From Phoronis australis (Eukaryota; Animalia; Phoronida), in NCBI GenBank assembly GCA_002633005.1, contig NMRA01000455.1, positions 276,595-340,594 on the forward strand: 64,000 bases of DNA, given 5' to 3'. Position 1 is the first letter of the stretch. The number at the start of each line of letters is the position of its first letter. The notes below the pieces were generated by a model that saw nothing but the letters and a program-made list of their open reading frames with translations, ran no database searches and was not told where the DNA came from. This document shows positions 63,231 through 64,000 of this stretch, piece by piece. The position numbers and the translations under genes were made by a program.

Positions 63231-64000
63231 TCAAGCATCCATTGCATGCAGCGTGGTTCCATATAAAGGATTCGAATGCTGCACGGACTGCGATGCATTT
63301 CCGTTTATATCACTGTATGTATCGTCAACAGGTACGCGGTTCTTGTTCCGTCGTCTGCAAATTATTACTGCGGCAGACGACACGATAACGGCTATCAGCA
63401 CTGCTGCACCCCCAGCAGCACCTGCGATTATAGCTACGTTTGACGAAGTATCTTGATTTTCACCAACCTGCTGTGGCGTGTCCGCCGTCTGGAGTTCAAC
63501 AGTAGATTGCGTTTTTACAAGAGTGGTTGTTGTCAATGATGGGCTATTTGTTCTTCGTTTTGTTGTTACGGTTTTCATAGTCTTGAAGTGAATCGACGAA
63601 GTTTGCATACTCATCGTACGCGTAGTAGTGGTATAAAAACGTTCCTTATGCGTGGTTTGTTTCGTTGTAGAAGTGAGTTCTGTTCTTTCCACAGTTGGTA
63701 GATTCGATTGTGAAGATACAGGTATAGTGTGATTTTGTGTATAGGCGGTGGCGCGAGTCGTTTGTTGAGTTGCAGCAGACGTGGTCGTCATTTGTTGCGG
63801 TACAATTGAGCTGGTGTAGTTGTCATTAGGCCTACTTGACGTACTTTCACGAGTTTTTGTTGGTACTACGCTGATCGTACTTGAAATGGATTTCCCCGAT
63901 GTTGTCTGCGAGACTGTCGCTGCTACTATTGTTCCTTTAGCAAATTCACAAGTGCTGCCTGTATAACCCGGACGACAAATGCATTTAAACCCATTGATTC
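63231..64000 (-). CDS. 3' end of a type I membrane protein: EGF-like domain, Thr/Ser mucin stalk, TM, short tail with NPxY (5'-partial)
   Basis: Open from the window edge: INGFKCICRPGYTGSTCE, T/S-rich stalk, AIIAGAAGGAAVLIAVIVSSAAVIIC-RRR, YSDI, NPLY, stop 63231. Confidence 0.9.
   Translation of the reverse strand, partial: INGFKCICRPGYTGSTCEFAKGTIVAATVSQTTSGKSISSTISVVPTKTRESTSSRPNDNYTSSIVPQQMTTTSAATQQTTRATAYTQNHTIPVSSQSNLPTVERTELTSTTKQTTHKERFYTTTTRTMSMQTSSIHFKTMKTVTTKRRTNSPSLTTTTLVKTQSTVELQTADTPQQVGENQDTSSNVAIIAGAAGGAAVLIAVIVSSAAVIICRRRNKNRVPVDDTYSDINGNASQSVQHSNPLYGTTLHAMDA

Noticed and set aside
63160-63233. Stop-codon readthrough or Sec at the EGF gene TGA
   Set aside because: The roughly 22 open codons downstream are expected by chance; no readthrough context or SECIS was seen.

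Overview
Eukaryotic, intron-rich and repeat-dense sequence, most likely from a marine invertebrate (my inference from the repeat types). Most short ORFs in the supplied track are noise. (1) Two tandem minus-strand gamma-butyrobetaine dioxygenase (BBOX1-like) genes share identical exon sizes and phases, apart from one codon in exon 1. Copy B (20382-33117; 6 coding exons, 434 aa) is complete. Copy A (<2858-13069) has its last exon outside the window, beyond an LTR retrotransposon with a tRNA-Lys PBS in its last intron. Both carry a mitochondrial-type presequence. (2) A partly decayed plus-strand Ig-domain gene lies at about 49.8-56.5 kb, next to a decayed repeated coding module I cannot assign. 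(3) The 3' end of a minus-strand EGF/mucin-stalk/TM/NPxY receptor gene lies at 63231->64000. (4) Many mobile elements: Penelope-like relics, hAT, 5-bp-TSD, mariner, Harbinger and Kolobok MITEs, THAP-bearing relics, a tRNA SINE and a LINE tail. Two observations stand out. One is a Penelope-like element whose terminal repeat is a tRNA-like (Pol III) head fused to a minimal hammerhead ribozyme, which also occurs as a stand-alone SINE-like unit. The other is strong enrichment of TACATGTA, which alignments between repeat copies show to be CATGTA insertions at TA sites, probably Tc1/mariner excision footprints. All of this was read by eye; no searches were run.
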